DNA of 64,000 bases from Tubiluchus corallicola. Lineage: Eukaryota > Animalia > Priapulida. The stretch covers positions 186,001 to 250,000 of the forward strand of contig JAQGDQ010000010.1 in the NCBI GenBank assembly GCA_030141605.1, in the 5' to 3' direction. A program made the position numbers and the translations under genes. The stretch's first letter is position 1, and each line of letters opens with the position of its first letter. Positions 36,759-49,430 of this stretch are shown here, in pieces. The notes under the pieces are model-generated. The model worked only from the letters and a program-made list of their open reading frames with translations, was not told where the DNA came from and did no database searches.

Positions 36759-37764
36759 TAGGGGCATTCTGGATCGATGCCCAAACTCAATACGGAACTT
36801 TTCTGAAATCTCTAAACCCAATTTTCAAACTTTTCATCGCATCCCTACCCTGATCCCAACCCTGAGGATTAAGTTTGTAATAACTGAGAAACTACTTATT
36901 TCAGGCATTTGGGGATTTTTCAAGAGAAATGAACCCTTATCATGTTATTCAAGGTTTAAATTTTGTGATAAAATATTTTTAAATAATTTTACTGCCATTT
37001 TATTAACTATAGTTGCAACACATAACTGCCCTAGTTCCACTATTTTTAAATCATCTTGTAGAATCGTAGATAATTTAAAGTAAAGCATAATGTCCTATAA
37101 TCGTGGCACATGCAGAAAAACTGCATTCAGCAACCTGCACAAGAATGTGACTAATTTATTCTGGTGGTGTAATTGACGGTGGGTGTAATTTCTTAATAAT
37201 GTTGGTATAATAATATAGAAAATTGCTGCTGTTCTAAAACCATATAGCTTTTCTAAGCAGATAGTATTATTTTCCAAACAACAGCTTCTGGCACTGTAAG
37301 CAAATGGTTTATTGAACTGTTAACAAAGCGGCATGTAAAAAACTTAATATGTAAACGTTTTCATATGCATAATTCTTTCTAACAATAATTATTTTAACTT
37401 CAAAGGGCTTACATTAGTGCACTGTTTAATAGTAAAATGAAAAAGGCATTGCTGCAGCCTACTGTAAACAAAACCATTTGAACTCAATGCAGCTGGGTGA
37501 ATATCACGTCGAAATCATTGAAATATTAATAGGCTGGAGCTAAAGTTGTGGAAGTGAGAGAGAGAACTTTGTTATTTTCTCATCTCGTTTACTGATAACC
37601 AAGATCCTGAACTTTTTGTCCCAATCCGAACCCCAATCGTTTACCGCTTTATCCCGAACCCCAAAAAATCCCGATCTCGAATTCAATTAGCATCCCGAGC
37701 ATCAATTATGAACCATTTATCCTGACCTGAATCTCAATCCCATCTCAAACATTGAACACCTCTA
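36759..37764. mobile_element. hAT-like non-autonomous element with 8-bp TSD
   Basis: TIRs TAGGGGCATTC / GAACACCTCTA; flanks gttgatgg (36751-36758) and gttgatgc (37765-37772); subterminal atcccga-like repeats at both ends. Confidence 0.7.
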
Positions 37765-38285
37765 GTTGATGCCACTAATTTTAATCCTTAAAAAATCATA
37801 GCCAAACAAACAATCTGGAATATTTAACAGATAAAGTTTATGTTACTGTGCACTGGCATGCAGTCGCAATGTATGGCCTCCCATTATTTATAATATAGTA
37901 TTTTAATATAGCTCTATGTAATTTAAAAATGCACTGTGGTCGTTTCCTCCCCTCCCATCCTTCTTCCTACCTCTAATCTTACTATTTTTTCCATTCCATC
38001 ATGTTTACTAACCTTAACCATTGTTTCATTCACTCATTCATGCCACCTTAACAAGCCAAGCTTTCAAGGTGTCATACAGCAACTCTTTTATTTGGTTAAT
38101 TTGACTTCACGTTTTTTTACCTACACTTTTTTCTAATCATACTGTATGTTGATGTATTGCATATGTATTGCTGGAGTGAAATAAATTGATTTGATTTGAT
38201 TTACCATTAATAATAGCAATAATTCACTTGTCATTGGCAAGCCAGTTTTCGGATTACTGCATTTGGTAGTAAAAGCCTACTATAC

Positions 38286-38429
38286 CTGATACTTTGAGTC
38301 ATACTGGTCATCTCGCATTATCTCACGAAGTTCTCGTCCACGACGAAAGTGTCTTGCCACCAACTTGCGTCCTAAGGTATGAGTATGAACAAAACCACCA
38401 ACAACCATGATGCCATCTTTTGGCAGTGT
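38286..38429 (-). CDS. MOXD1: MOXD1-like exon with CuM HxH ligands
   Basis: ctttag acceptor; TLPKDGIMVVGGFVHTHTLGRKLVARHFRRGRELREIMRDDQYDSKYQ; gtatag donor. Confidence 0.93.
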
Positions 38430-38794
38430 CTAAAGTAAACATTGGTAAAATATCCCTTTAAATTGCCAAATGTTTTAATGATGTCCATAAAACAAAAAAC
38501 GTAATTCCAAAAATTCAATACTATATTATACTATAATAATACTATACTATTATCTAGTATCATAAAAAATTTAGCAAAGAATGTGATATAAATAAACATT
38601 AAGAGCACTTCAGCTGGTAAAAAGCTATACATTATGCTTAAAAATTAGGCCTGTTTACGAAATTACAGTTCAATAACTAATTATCATAAATATAAAAATC
38701 TTTGTAAAACAAAACACTGAACAGCATCATTAAATGAACAAATATAGCACCAATATCCAAACAGTTGAGACTAACTAATTTTGAGATTACCCAC

Positions 38795-38961
38795 CTGCTT
38801 TGTACATTCTCCACCACAATGTCCGTAAGTTGTGAATGTATCTTGGTAAGGAGGTATCATTGTAGTCCAATTCATGTTCATGCCGACTAGAAGTATACCT
38901 CCATCATTGGCTCTCAAATTTGCAGTATAGTATACACGTATACCTGAGTTGTCTATCACAT
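38795..38961 (-). CDS. MOXD1: MOXD1-like exon
   Basis: ccatag acceptor; VIDNSGIRVYYTANLRANDGGILLVG...IPPYQDTFTTYGHCGGECTKQ; gtgggt donor. Confidence 0.93.
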
Positions 38962-39794
38962 CTATGGACAATATAGGTATTCAATTTGTTAGTTATTTTA
39001 TAATACAAAAATAGGTCAGAGTGGGCTGTGAAATATCTTTTTGAATAACCATATCATTTATCATTGATATCAAACACTTTATTATAAGAAAGAAACTCGT
39101 GACAGCTATCCTAGCAAATGGAAAATCTTGATAAACATAACAATGCATTATTTGTCAATATGGTGCAAACAATTACTGAAGCATTGTGGTTGTACATTAT
39201 TGATCCTACTACATTTATTAGCTACTACAATAATACAGAATAAAAAATTTAGACTAGAAACTGAAAATTGGACACTTTTACCAAGTTAACAGCTTTAAAA
39301 AGACAAATTTTTGTACCTTATAGACAGTTCTTCTGCTCTATGAAAAATTGGGTTTGGGGGCATTCACATATAATGATATCCAGGTTTTAGCTGATTTTGA
39401 GGACCTACCTACCTTGGGTTATAACGGCTTTATCACATGCCCCACCACCTACGTACCCCTTATACTAATATCATTATCACACTGATCTGGCATTTTGTAC
39501 ATTTTATTCTTCCTCCTCCCAAGGACATGCAACAACATCACATGTGTTAATTAATGGGAAAACTTCAGTGGAATCTACTGACATCGACATTCTACTGACA
39601 AAAATATCAGCCTGCTAGGATCAGGGTAAAATGGTTGCACCCTTACAGCAATGTCTGCTGCTGGCACACACGTGTGAAAAAAACGTGTAGTCAGAAAAGC
39701 GTTATATCATGACTAAATCACCTACCTATCTAAACTTGATATCGTTATATATGGTCGCTTTCTTGGTGATTTAATGACATAATACTTGACTTAC

Positions 39795-39897
39795 TTTTGT
39801 GAAATCCTGGATTGTCATAGTGAGTTTCCATCATGACATATCGTGGATCGTTTTCACCACCTACTGATATCCCTACTTCGTCAGGTAACATAAATGG
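39795..39897 (-). CDS. MOXD1: MOXD1-like exon with third CuH His
   Basis: ttttag acceptor; PFMLPDEVGISVGGENDPRYVMMETHYDNPGFHK; gtaagt donor. Confidence 0.93.
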
Positions 39898-40560
39898 CTA
39901 AAATAAATAATAAACAAATGAAATGAAACAAACAAAATAGAAAAAATTTGGATAAACATAGAAACTTTAGAACTAATTTACAAACTATGATTGGAAAATA
40001 TAAGATGGCATATATTGACATGGTATGTTCTCAGAAGTTATACAGTTATGTAACCGAATACCATTGCATTTTCTCATAACAATCATCAGATTCTCACAAC
40101 AGTGGCACTTAGTCACATCCTGGTAATCAGCCTCGAACCGGACCATAAGCCAAAACCTCAGTACGTTTTCTGGTGCCGACAAGCACACTTCATTCGTGAA
40201 TTCTAGTCTGCTTGTATAAGTGCTTCATACTCATCTTACTCATGTTGTTACATATATAAACAAATGTTTCTCTAAAATGATACAGACTAGTTTTGGGTTG
40301 GTGTCGAACGTGTTACAGTTAAAGACAACATAAAAAAATACAGACGTGGGTACACTCAGCAAAAGCGGCAATAAACTTCATCTCCAGTAAGACGTTAATT
40401 AGTTTTTAAAAACGTTTACCATGAAGCCTCCCATTTTATCATTTTCTGAAGCAAAAATTTCACTGATAATACATGGACTTCAAAATTTCAAATACTTTAA
40501 CCATTTGCTTCAAACACTTTAACCATTTATTTCAGCACATAATTATGGTCTTGTACTTAC

Positions 40561-40740
40561 CCCAGAGCCAAGCGCCCAGCCAAACACGGGTTCATTACAC
40601 TGCCAGAAGATTTCTGGCATGTTAAAGTAGCATTGACGTCCTTGGTCTAGGAGATGTGAAGGCACATTGCGAGCTGTACACGCATACACAAGAATGTGAT
40701 GTACATAATGTTCATTGCCAGACTTTATAATCGGTTCCCA
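40561..40740 (-). CDS. MOXD1: MOXD1-like exon with CuH HH ligands
   Basis: ttttag acceptor; WEPIIKSGNEHYVHHILVYAC...QCYFNMPEIFWQCNEPVFGWALGSG; gtaagt donor. Confidence 0.93.
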
Positions 40741-41758
40741 CTAAAAACAATCAAAATGACAAAATAAATTTAAGTTAGATAACATGATGGAAAAAAGTCA
40801 CAATTAGCAGCAGCTATTTTACTCTTTTGCATTTTAACTGGACTATCAATTTCTAGTTTTAGAACACTTAGCTATCTGTAATTTAATCACATACGTGTTT
40901 AACTCGTACTAGGTTAAAATTGTTCTATAATACTAGATAAAAGTACAAAAATTGTTCAAAAGTCAGTGTCAGGCAGTGGGTTTGGAAAGCATTTTAAAAT
41001 AATTACTTTATTTTTGATTATTTATGCAGTTCTGGAAAATCACAAGTAGGGATTTTTTGAATTATATTCAAATACGAAATAAATGACTGACCGTACATTA
41101 CAGCTGAATAATATGATAGCGAGGAAGCGCGTTGCAGTTAAAGTAAACGTGTGTGAGGTGTTAATTACACAAGTAATTACGACGATATGTTCACATGTAT
41201 AAATTCTACACCAAAATTCTGCACGCGTTTCACCTCAAAATAAAAGTTTAGGTAAATTTGCATAACATCTTCATTATGCGCACACTAACTATTTGGTACA
41301 TATACGGTAATTTCACGATCGGTAAACCAGTAGTGATCATATTCATTCTTCATTAACATTCACTAATATCACCAATTTTTAACTCTACGACCTGGTGACG
41401 TCATCAGGCGTAAAAAGTGATTACACTTGACTGATGCAGAATTAAAAATTAATAAGCGAATTCATCCATCAAAAGTTAATTAATTCTCGTTGTACCGTAG
41501 CAAGCTTACGTTAGGAAAGTTCTAATCTTTAATAATTATTATAGAGGGGATTAGCCTTCAGAAAGCTGGTTTTCCTAGCTGAAACGTCATCAGTATGTAC
41601 AGTATTCAAGCTGAGAAGTTTTGTAATCTCATCTAAACAAATTGTTGTATAAATTTAGAACTAATCTGTGATTAAAATTGCGCGATGCTTCTTAACACAA
41701 GACCCTGTTGTAAACGAGCACTGGGCTCAATCATATCTATCATGTTTAAAGATTTTGC

Positions 41759-41790
<32 letters not shown>

Positions 41791-41852
41791 CGGGAGCAGC
41801 ATTACGGTATTATAATAATATTACTAACATATAATAATGTTATAACGTAATG

Positions 41853-41885
<33 letters not shown>

Positions 41886-44095
41886 GGACATAGACTTATT
41901 CCCAAAGGAGGTCCCTTTTATGACCTGCATGTTACTTCTATACTTCGTTACTTCGTAATGACTAATGAAACTGACGCTGTCATGAATTTTGCCAAATTCT
42001 AAGTCAAATGTTAGACTTAGAAATATGACATGTTACTGAAGCGCAAGAGTTTTAATTATTTTCTTAAATACTACATACCAACGTCCAACATGCACCCTAT
42101 GAAAATTCAAATTTATAAAAATGAGTGTGCGAAATATTATCACTGTTATTCACACGTGAATGTTGCCATAGAGAACTTTGATTCTGCAATAAGAGGTACA
42201 ATTCAATTTGATTCAGTTCAAAACAAAAGGAGCGAAAAACCAGCAAGGGTAACGTATATACTGAACGACCACAGCTAGGACTCAAACTAGCGAGTTCTAA
42301 CTAGACGCATTTTCAACCCATCCCCTCTGTTCTTATTCAAAAATTTCAATTTCAAACTTTTCTCTCACACTTATCAGTTTTTTTAGCAGGCAAATGGTTT
42401 ATTGCAGTTACGTTATTAAAACACAAGCTCTGTATAATAAAGTCGATCTCTTTCTTTTTTGTCATTGTTATTATTGTCCTGAAATTCCTAGTTTCTTTAT
42501 TTTTTATTGTGAATGCTTAGAAAACGCCAATAAACATGTCCCATATTTTTATGGTGGACGCAGTTGTAATAACAATACTGCAGTTGTAGTTTCTTTTTAT
42601 TTTTTGTTCTGTTTTGAACACATTCAAATCCGTAGAGAAATTCTCCTCACAATTCGCAATTTTTAAACGTGTTAAACGCTTTCAGAAAAAAACTCTTCTG
42701 AATTAACGGCACACCGCGTGACGCACAAACGCCAGCCGCAAGAATTTTCCAATAGCTCTAATTTTCCAAACCCGCAATTTGAAAATCTTCTTCAATTACT
42801 GCAATAATAATTCATTTTACAAGCGAGTATAAAATTATACCAGTCTAAATTAAACTGCAATGAAGCGCCTGCGAAACGTGATTAAACACAGCCAGCGCAA
42901 CTCGAGAATCAACTAATAAAAATCTAACTACAAAATCAGCCGCCGCCGGCTTCTTTTTGGGTAAACCACGCACGCAGATGAGTTCCCTCTTTCAGTCATT
43001 TCTTCCTTCCTCCTGGGAGAAGGGAAGCGCGATTCTTCCGTGACTCATCATGTCTAATTAGGACAAAGACAATTTTCCTTCCGCGTTTAACGTTTTTTTC
43101 AGGACAAATATGAAGATGATGTCCGTTTAAATCTAAGAAGAAAAATTTCGCATTTCCCGCGAGAGTTTCAAAACGGCTATTGCGTGCTGGTGATAGCCCT
43201 ATAAAGTCGTTTTCAATCATATTAATGGGCTATAGTCTTTCCTAATATAAACTGCTTTGTTGGTTTACGTTTGAAATCCTACGCTGTAACTGTGTTGTCT
43301 TTTCCGGCTAAATCAAGCATGTAAATAGAATAAGCAGTATTGAAGAAATTTTCATGCACGGTTTTAAATGTTTGCGGTATTCTTTAATATGAGTTATTAA
43401 ATAGACTCATTATTGTAATAACTTTTTTGCGGGCCACATTATATTAGAACTAGCCAGGGTCCCGCGAAATATTCTGCTAATACACTTACATAATCAGCAG
43501 TGCGCGAACATCCTAAAATAGTGTTTATTTACTATCCTTACATTCAGATATGCTGCTAGATATTATCGCATTTACCTAATATAACATGAAGTCAGCAGCT
43601 TTTAACTGAGCAAAGCTGTAAGGAGAGTACAATGGGATCACGTCATAGTGGCTCCCAAGCGATAATCTTCTAAAATGGACCCTCCAGTTAGCTCGTAGCC
43701 GCTCTTCCTAGTGGACTATAAATCTCCACTAAGATCGCCACCAGGCGTCACTAAAACGTTTTTGCTATAGAATGCTCGCACAACATTTCGAAAGAATTGA
43801 GTAGTTGTGTTTGGGAAAATGACCGTTGCAGGAACTCATAGGTTCCCCCAAAATCTAAATAGCCACGCTACACTCACCGCTGAACAGGCTTGTAACTATT
43901 ACCGGCATCGCCCCGGCAAGTTCCCGTTCTTTCAAAATAAGCAGTTTTGCGAACAAAGGGGTAAAAAACCTTCATTTTAAGAGGTTCTTTCTTCAAAAAT
44001 TAACCATCAATCAGACGGCACTAGATCGAGACCTTTTGTTTGAGATATAGATAGCCAAAATGATGCAGTCGTTACAGGTGAAGTCTCGAATCTTG

Positions 44096-44105
44096 CATGC
44101 ATGCA

Positions 44106-44144
<39 letters not shown>

Positions 44145-44174
44145 ATGCATGCATGCATGCATGTATGTATGTAT
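44096..44174. repeat. (ATGC)/(GTGC)/(ATGT) tetranucleotide microsatellite
   Basis: Read directly; similar short arrays at ~27805-27876 and ~30583-30640. Confidence 0.9.
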
Positions 44175-44900
44175 GGAAAATCCTGATATCATCAGAACTA
44201 CTATTACTTAGTGAAACTGCAGAACGCACGGTTCATAACGGTACTGCTTCACAAATTCAGGTAAAGCCAAAAACTGTCCATCTCTTACAATTTTTAGCAG
44301 CGTAATGTTTTGTCAGGCGAAGTAGACAATTTACTTAAACAGTTAAACAAAACTTGTGTGGCTTCATAGCACACAGCTAAATGCTGCTTTTCAATGAAAT
44401 GCTGCTAATACTCAAGTTCGAAACTATATAACAACGAGTAAACTGTAAGAAAGGCTACAGTTTGGAATTTAAAACGAAGTTAGCAAATTGGAAACATTCA
44501 ATATAAAAAAACAAATAAACAAACAGTAAAAAAAACAAATACAAAGCAGAGCCTATTTAAAATTGACGAGAGCACCCTGTTAGCACAGTGTGAGTATAGA
44601 AATCTTGTGATCCATCAATACAAAACAAGCTATAGCCTGGACACTAATTATAAGTTCATAGCGAAAAAAATAAGCCTGTAATCAAAAGCACAGCTTAATG
44701 AAACAAACAGCACAATAACATCAGATGGGAAATAATTAAACTAAACAGGTACGCAGGTAATGCAGTTAGCAAGACAATTAAAGGAACAAATAGAGAAGCT
44801 GCGAAAAATCGACATGTGACAGATGTCGCACGAATCGATAAAACAGTTTAACAAGTTTCCCGTAAATCCTAAATGTGATTAGTAACCCGAGAGCACTTAC

Positions 44901-44987
44901 TCGTATAATATGACGTTTTCCACCAAACTCTGGCAACTTGAATAATTCACACCAGTAGTAAGTGTCATCTCTCACTGGAACCGTTAT
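44901..44987 (-). CDS. MOXD1: MOXD1-like exon (start of catalytic N-domain)
   Basis: ctttag acceptor; ITVPVRDDTYYWCELFKLPEFGGKRHIIR; gtaagt donor. Confidence 0.93.
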
Positions 44988-45636
44988 CTAAAGCACAAAA
45001 AGAATTTTCTATTAATAACAGTATTATTTTATTGTAATTTTAATGTAAGTAATGTGAATTTTATCAAAAGTATTTGTATTTTAATTTGCCACTTCACAAT
45101 ATAGATTAAGATGAAGACTAAGATTAGATTAATAGGCTGGCTTAAGAGCTAACATAGCCTGCCAGTCTCATCTTTTATAAAATAATGCATATTTTATAAA
45201 TGTTTTTAATAAATAAATAAATGAATAAAGCGAAAACATAAGTAATTTAAAGTATTAAAGATGTATGGCTTGGTTTATAAAAAAATTTAACAACTCTGAC
45301 TAACATTGTTAATGCAATACTCTCGTACATGACTGAGAAGGTGCATGCACTGATGTAACATAACACAAGTATTATGGGGGCAGCGAAACTTACAGATAAC
45401 TTCAATTCTATCCAACCATTATAAAATTAAAGTTTCATGATTTAACTGAAGCGCCGCTTATACGATGAAAATTAATCAATCCCTATTTTTATCTTACTAG
45501 TTCATAAAACGGAAATATATAGAATTTCTGCAGAAACCGCTAAAGTAATACGAGATTTGAAATAAGTAGATGAAACAGGACATGAGAAAATTAACACTTA
45601 AACTTTCTGACGGTTACAAAACATCAGCAATGTACA

Positions 45637-45790
45637 CAGTCGGTTAGTCTAATAGTAACGCGCCAGCTTTCCGTCTGGGAGGTCGTGAATTCGATACAGC
45701 GGCCGGGTCATACCAAAGACTTTAATTTAAAAATTGTACCGGCTGTTGCCTTGCCTGGCTCGAGGTAGTAGGGTAAAAGTGGAGTAATAA
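45637..45790 (+). mobile_element. tRNA-derived SINE with Meta-like central domain
   Basis: tRNA-like head (ggttagtctaatagt...gaattcgatac) followed by gggtcataccaaagacttta...aaaattgtacc...tgccttgcctggc, which resembles the recalled MetaSINE core. Confidence 0.6.
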
Positions 45791-46888
45791 TAGTCTCTGT
45801 TACGTAATTGTAATTTGCTATTTACAGTCAGCCCAAAAGCTCTTTCAGACAAGCTAATTGGATGCACAAAAATTTACATGAGACAAATGCATAACTAAGA
45901 AAAAATCACACAGAAGCAGCTAAAATTATACAGTACCGCGTGCGTAAAACTTAATTTTGAAAACGCTATAAAATTGTGGGATAAGACATTTAATTAATGA
46001 TACCCCCAGTGGCTGTCAATTTGCAATATGAAGTTGCCACACTCATGCTACTGCGCCACGCGCGCAAAACAAGAAAGGAAGTATAAAATTTAATGAGGGC
46101 GCTCCACTAATTAGTTCACGGAGTGGGCAAATTGCATTTAAATTTTTTATACGCGCGCCGAGAGCGCCCTAATGGAAAACTATATAACATGTTTGAACAA
46201 GACTTGTGTTATTCCATGTCCCCTGTGCTTCAGAGTGAAGTGGAAAGAGCATGCAGGATTGTAAAGAAGCCAAGTATTGTATCAGGAAGCCAATGCATTA
46301 ACGCGTAGAAGCCAGTTTATTCAGGGTTTTATCAACGAAGGTGGTTAGTCAACTGATGGTTAATCTTACTTGCTTAGCTTTCAAACATTGTGAAAGCATG
46401 AATACTGATTGCTTAATAATTACTAAAGATTCCAACTGCATAAAATGCTCATATTGCTGATGAAAAACGTGAACAAAATGTTACAGGTTTTATTGTAAAA
46501 AATTTCTTACAAAGCTATCTTCAAAATGGTTGCTATTGCTGTTATTCCAAGAGAATTTCATTTCACATTTTTTGCAACATACGCTTAAAATGAATGCAGA
46601 CTCAGGCAAAAAGGTGCTATAAGAACCAATGAAGCAGATCTTAGACTAACTCAGTGACCGGCTTTCGAATCCCTTCGAGGAACACACACACTGTACGGTC
46701 TGGTATATGCAATTTTGTGCGCATAAAACATATATGTGGGCACTATTTGAAGGACACCATACCTTTGCTTGCGAAAATAACGCATCATTTAAACAAATTT
46801 TATAGTGAGTCGCATAAATTTTTTGCTTGTAGCACACAAATGAACTGATATTAATTTTTCCAATTTTTCAAGACTATGACTCACTCAC

Positions 46889-47065
46889 ATTGTCATTCCG
46901 CAGTTCCCAGCTAAGTGTGTCGGGCGGAAGTTCCGCTCGCGTTGGAGACTTCCCCAGGAGGTGCAGGCTCCTGCTTCCTCGAGATGCGTAACCATGGTGA
47001 AAAAAGTCGATGGCAGACCTCGGATCCTGAGGATGATAGGCCCAGATAACATGTATCGTTCCTTC
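46889..47065 (-). CDS. MOXD1: MOXD1-like exon (DOMON end)
   Basis: ttttag acceptor; EGTIHVIWAYHPQDPRSAIDFFHHGYASRGSRSLHLLGKSP...WELRNDN; gtgagt donor. This frame is not in the ORF track. Confidence 0.92.
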
Positions 47066-47449
47066 CTAAAACAATAAGATAAAAAAGGAAGCTGAAAAGA
47101 ATGAACCAGGAGACAAAGCATATGTGAAAAGAAAGCAAATAAACAGCAAACAGTGAACTAATGATGATCGACTCCTTGAGCGCTTGCTACGTCTGCACAA
47201 GACAAATCAACACAGCAGCTAGTCCAGCAATAAAAGTTCCTATACACTGCTATATGTGACAGGAAATCCACTTCATTAACAATATCATCATCAAACGCCC
47301 GTTGCGTGTATTACAGACATTAGGCAGACAAAATTCTAAAATAACAGAATCTGTCCTCAAAATAGGTAAACACAAAACGCAGCACTTAATGAAGCGGAAT
47401 TTTGACATTGCTACGCAAGTGGTTCGTCAATACCACTTCCGATGCAATG

Positions 47450-47529
47450 CAATACAATACAATACAATACAATACAATACAATACAATACAATACAATAC
47501 AATACAATACAATACAATACAATACAATA
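47450..47529. repeat. (CAATA)n pentanucleotide microsatellite
   Basis: Read directly. Confidence 0.95.
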
Positions 47530-48276
47530 AAAAATAAAATAAAATTAAACATAACGAAATGAAATCCATGATAAGATTGGCTCCTTTTTAACAGACCTAT
47601 TATTATAGGCCTATACTGTATGTAGGCTTAATTTGTTTGAGCTTGCAAGCGAAAAGGACTCTAATCGAGTTTTTGCTTGTTAAATTACAGAAATAGACAC
47701 ACATGACAGAAAAACCGAGTTCATGTTTCCAATTATTTTCTCATCCGTGCACGTGTATAAAAGATTTCCACGCTTGTTAATCCTGTACAAGCGCGTAAGG
47801 TGATATCAATCATGATTTTTTGCAGGTATAGCGTTATTGCATATGATCCAGGTAACACTAATTAAGCGCAGAGTGCAAGTCTTTTATACGAGTGCACTAG
47901 AAGAGGGGATACGAGCACAGCGTGATGCGAAGAGGGACTAAAGCTAGCTCGTTATTACCAGCAAACTTGAAAAGAGGAGATCAATGGGGAATCAGTGTCA
48001 CTTGCACACGCGACACTAAAGTAATCGTGTAGGTGGCGCCACCAACATTAGCCAATCCTATTGATTTAATAATGCGCTAGGGAGTAAGCCCAGTTTTTGG
48101 CCAGTTTACCTCATGCTGTGACATCGGTTTTTTTCCTTTAGTGTGTGCTTCTCAATCTCTTACTTATTATTTATGAACCTACAGGTATTTTAATCAGTGT
48201 CATTCTTTAGAATGATCAGTTGAGTAATTTTGCAAATTCGTAATTGAGAAAAAGAAAAAAACAAATTATTGTAACG

Positions 48277-48317
48277 ATGGTGATGATGACGATGACAACA
48301 AAGACGATAACGATAAC

Positions 48318-48350
<33 letters not shown>

Positions 48351-48373
48351 AATGATAATGATGATGATGATGA
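48277..48373. repeat. (GAT)n imperfect microsatellite
   Basis: Read directly. Confidence 0.85.
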
Positions 48374-48688
48374 AGGTTGCATAATAACGTAAACGATGTT
48401 AATACATTCCAAATGCGGGTAGCTAAAAGAGTTTTAGTTTCAAATACGTACAGGAAATTTACAATTATTGAAAAGTGATAATTTAACTATTGATCCTAAC
48501 ATTTAGAGTACCTGTAGAATTTTCCAAACTTTCTAGTAAATTTTACGTATTCAATAAATTATAAGTTTAGTGGAAAACTTTAATCTGTTAAACAAATGCA
48601 GTTTGCAGTTTACTCGCAATCTAATCTGATAGTGACAAAAAGAAAGGATTTTGATTCAAGACTCGTTGTCTTCCTACAAAAAACTTAC

Positions 48689-48835
48689 AGTAATCACGTG
48701 ATCTTTTTCATCACACGTATTAAGTGCCCTGGTCACACCTAACACCGTGTGCGTCCCATTTTCGTACCCATACATCAGCTTCCAGTCCTGATACGAGTCC
48801 ATTTTTGGCCTGCCCTCCGTGTACGAATAGTAATC
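48689..48835 (-). CDS. MOXD1: MOXD1-like exon 2 (DOMON)
   Basis: tttcag acceptor; DYYSYTEGRPKMDSYQDWKLMYGYENGTHTVLGVTRALNTCDEKDHVIT; gtaagt donor. Confidence 0.93.
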
Positions 48836-49207
48836 CTGAAACATAACAAACCGCATGTAATTCAGGTTACAGCGAAAAACTCGGACAAAAGTTTATTTTA
48901 ATCAACTGTGCAGTGGAAATACGACCTTGTGTGCATTAGAATTAAACATGGGCGACAGACATTTTTATCAATATTTGCCTACATGGGGCATTCAGAGGAG
49001 TAGTCTTAGCGGAAATGAATGAATTGTAGACAATTTAAGTGGCTTCTTCGGGGAGGATATTGCTTTTATACAACCACAAAACGCTGATAATCTCTGTAGA
49101 AAATGTCTTTACTGGTCGAAATAACAGAGTAGCTTCTGCAATATAGAAGAAGAAACAGTAGCGGGTAGAAACGTAAAAAGGAGGAGATTCGGTAGGAAGG
49201 AAAAGCT

Positions 49208-49235
49208 GAGAGAGAGGGAGAGGGAGAGACGGGAG

Positions 49236-49318
<83 letters not shown>

Positions 49319-49347
49319 GGAGAGAGGGAGAGAGGGAGAGAGGGAGA

Positions 49348-49413
<66 letters not shown>

Positions 49414-49430
49414 TAAGAGAGAGACAGAGA
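49208..49430. repeat. (GA)n / (GAGAGAGG)n polypurine tract
   Basis: Read directly. Confidence 0.95.

Larger units (their letters stand above)
32918..48835 (-). other. MOXD1: Gene span: DBH-like monooxygenase (MOXD1-like; DOMON + Cu2_monooxygen N and C); 12 exons in window, exon 1 not found
   Basis: Exons of 147, 177, 87, 180, 103, 167, 144, 39, 60, 134, 166 and 447 nt splice in frame (1851 nt, 616 aa plus stop), all GT-AG. Orthology versus paralogy to MOXD1 is unresolved. Confidence 0.9.

Noticed and set aside
46885-47138. Two listed minus-strand ORFs
   Set aside because: Wrong frames; the true exon 46889-47065 is in the third frame (VIWAYH...RGSRSL).
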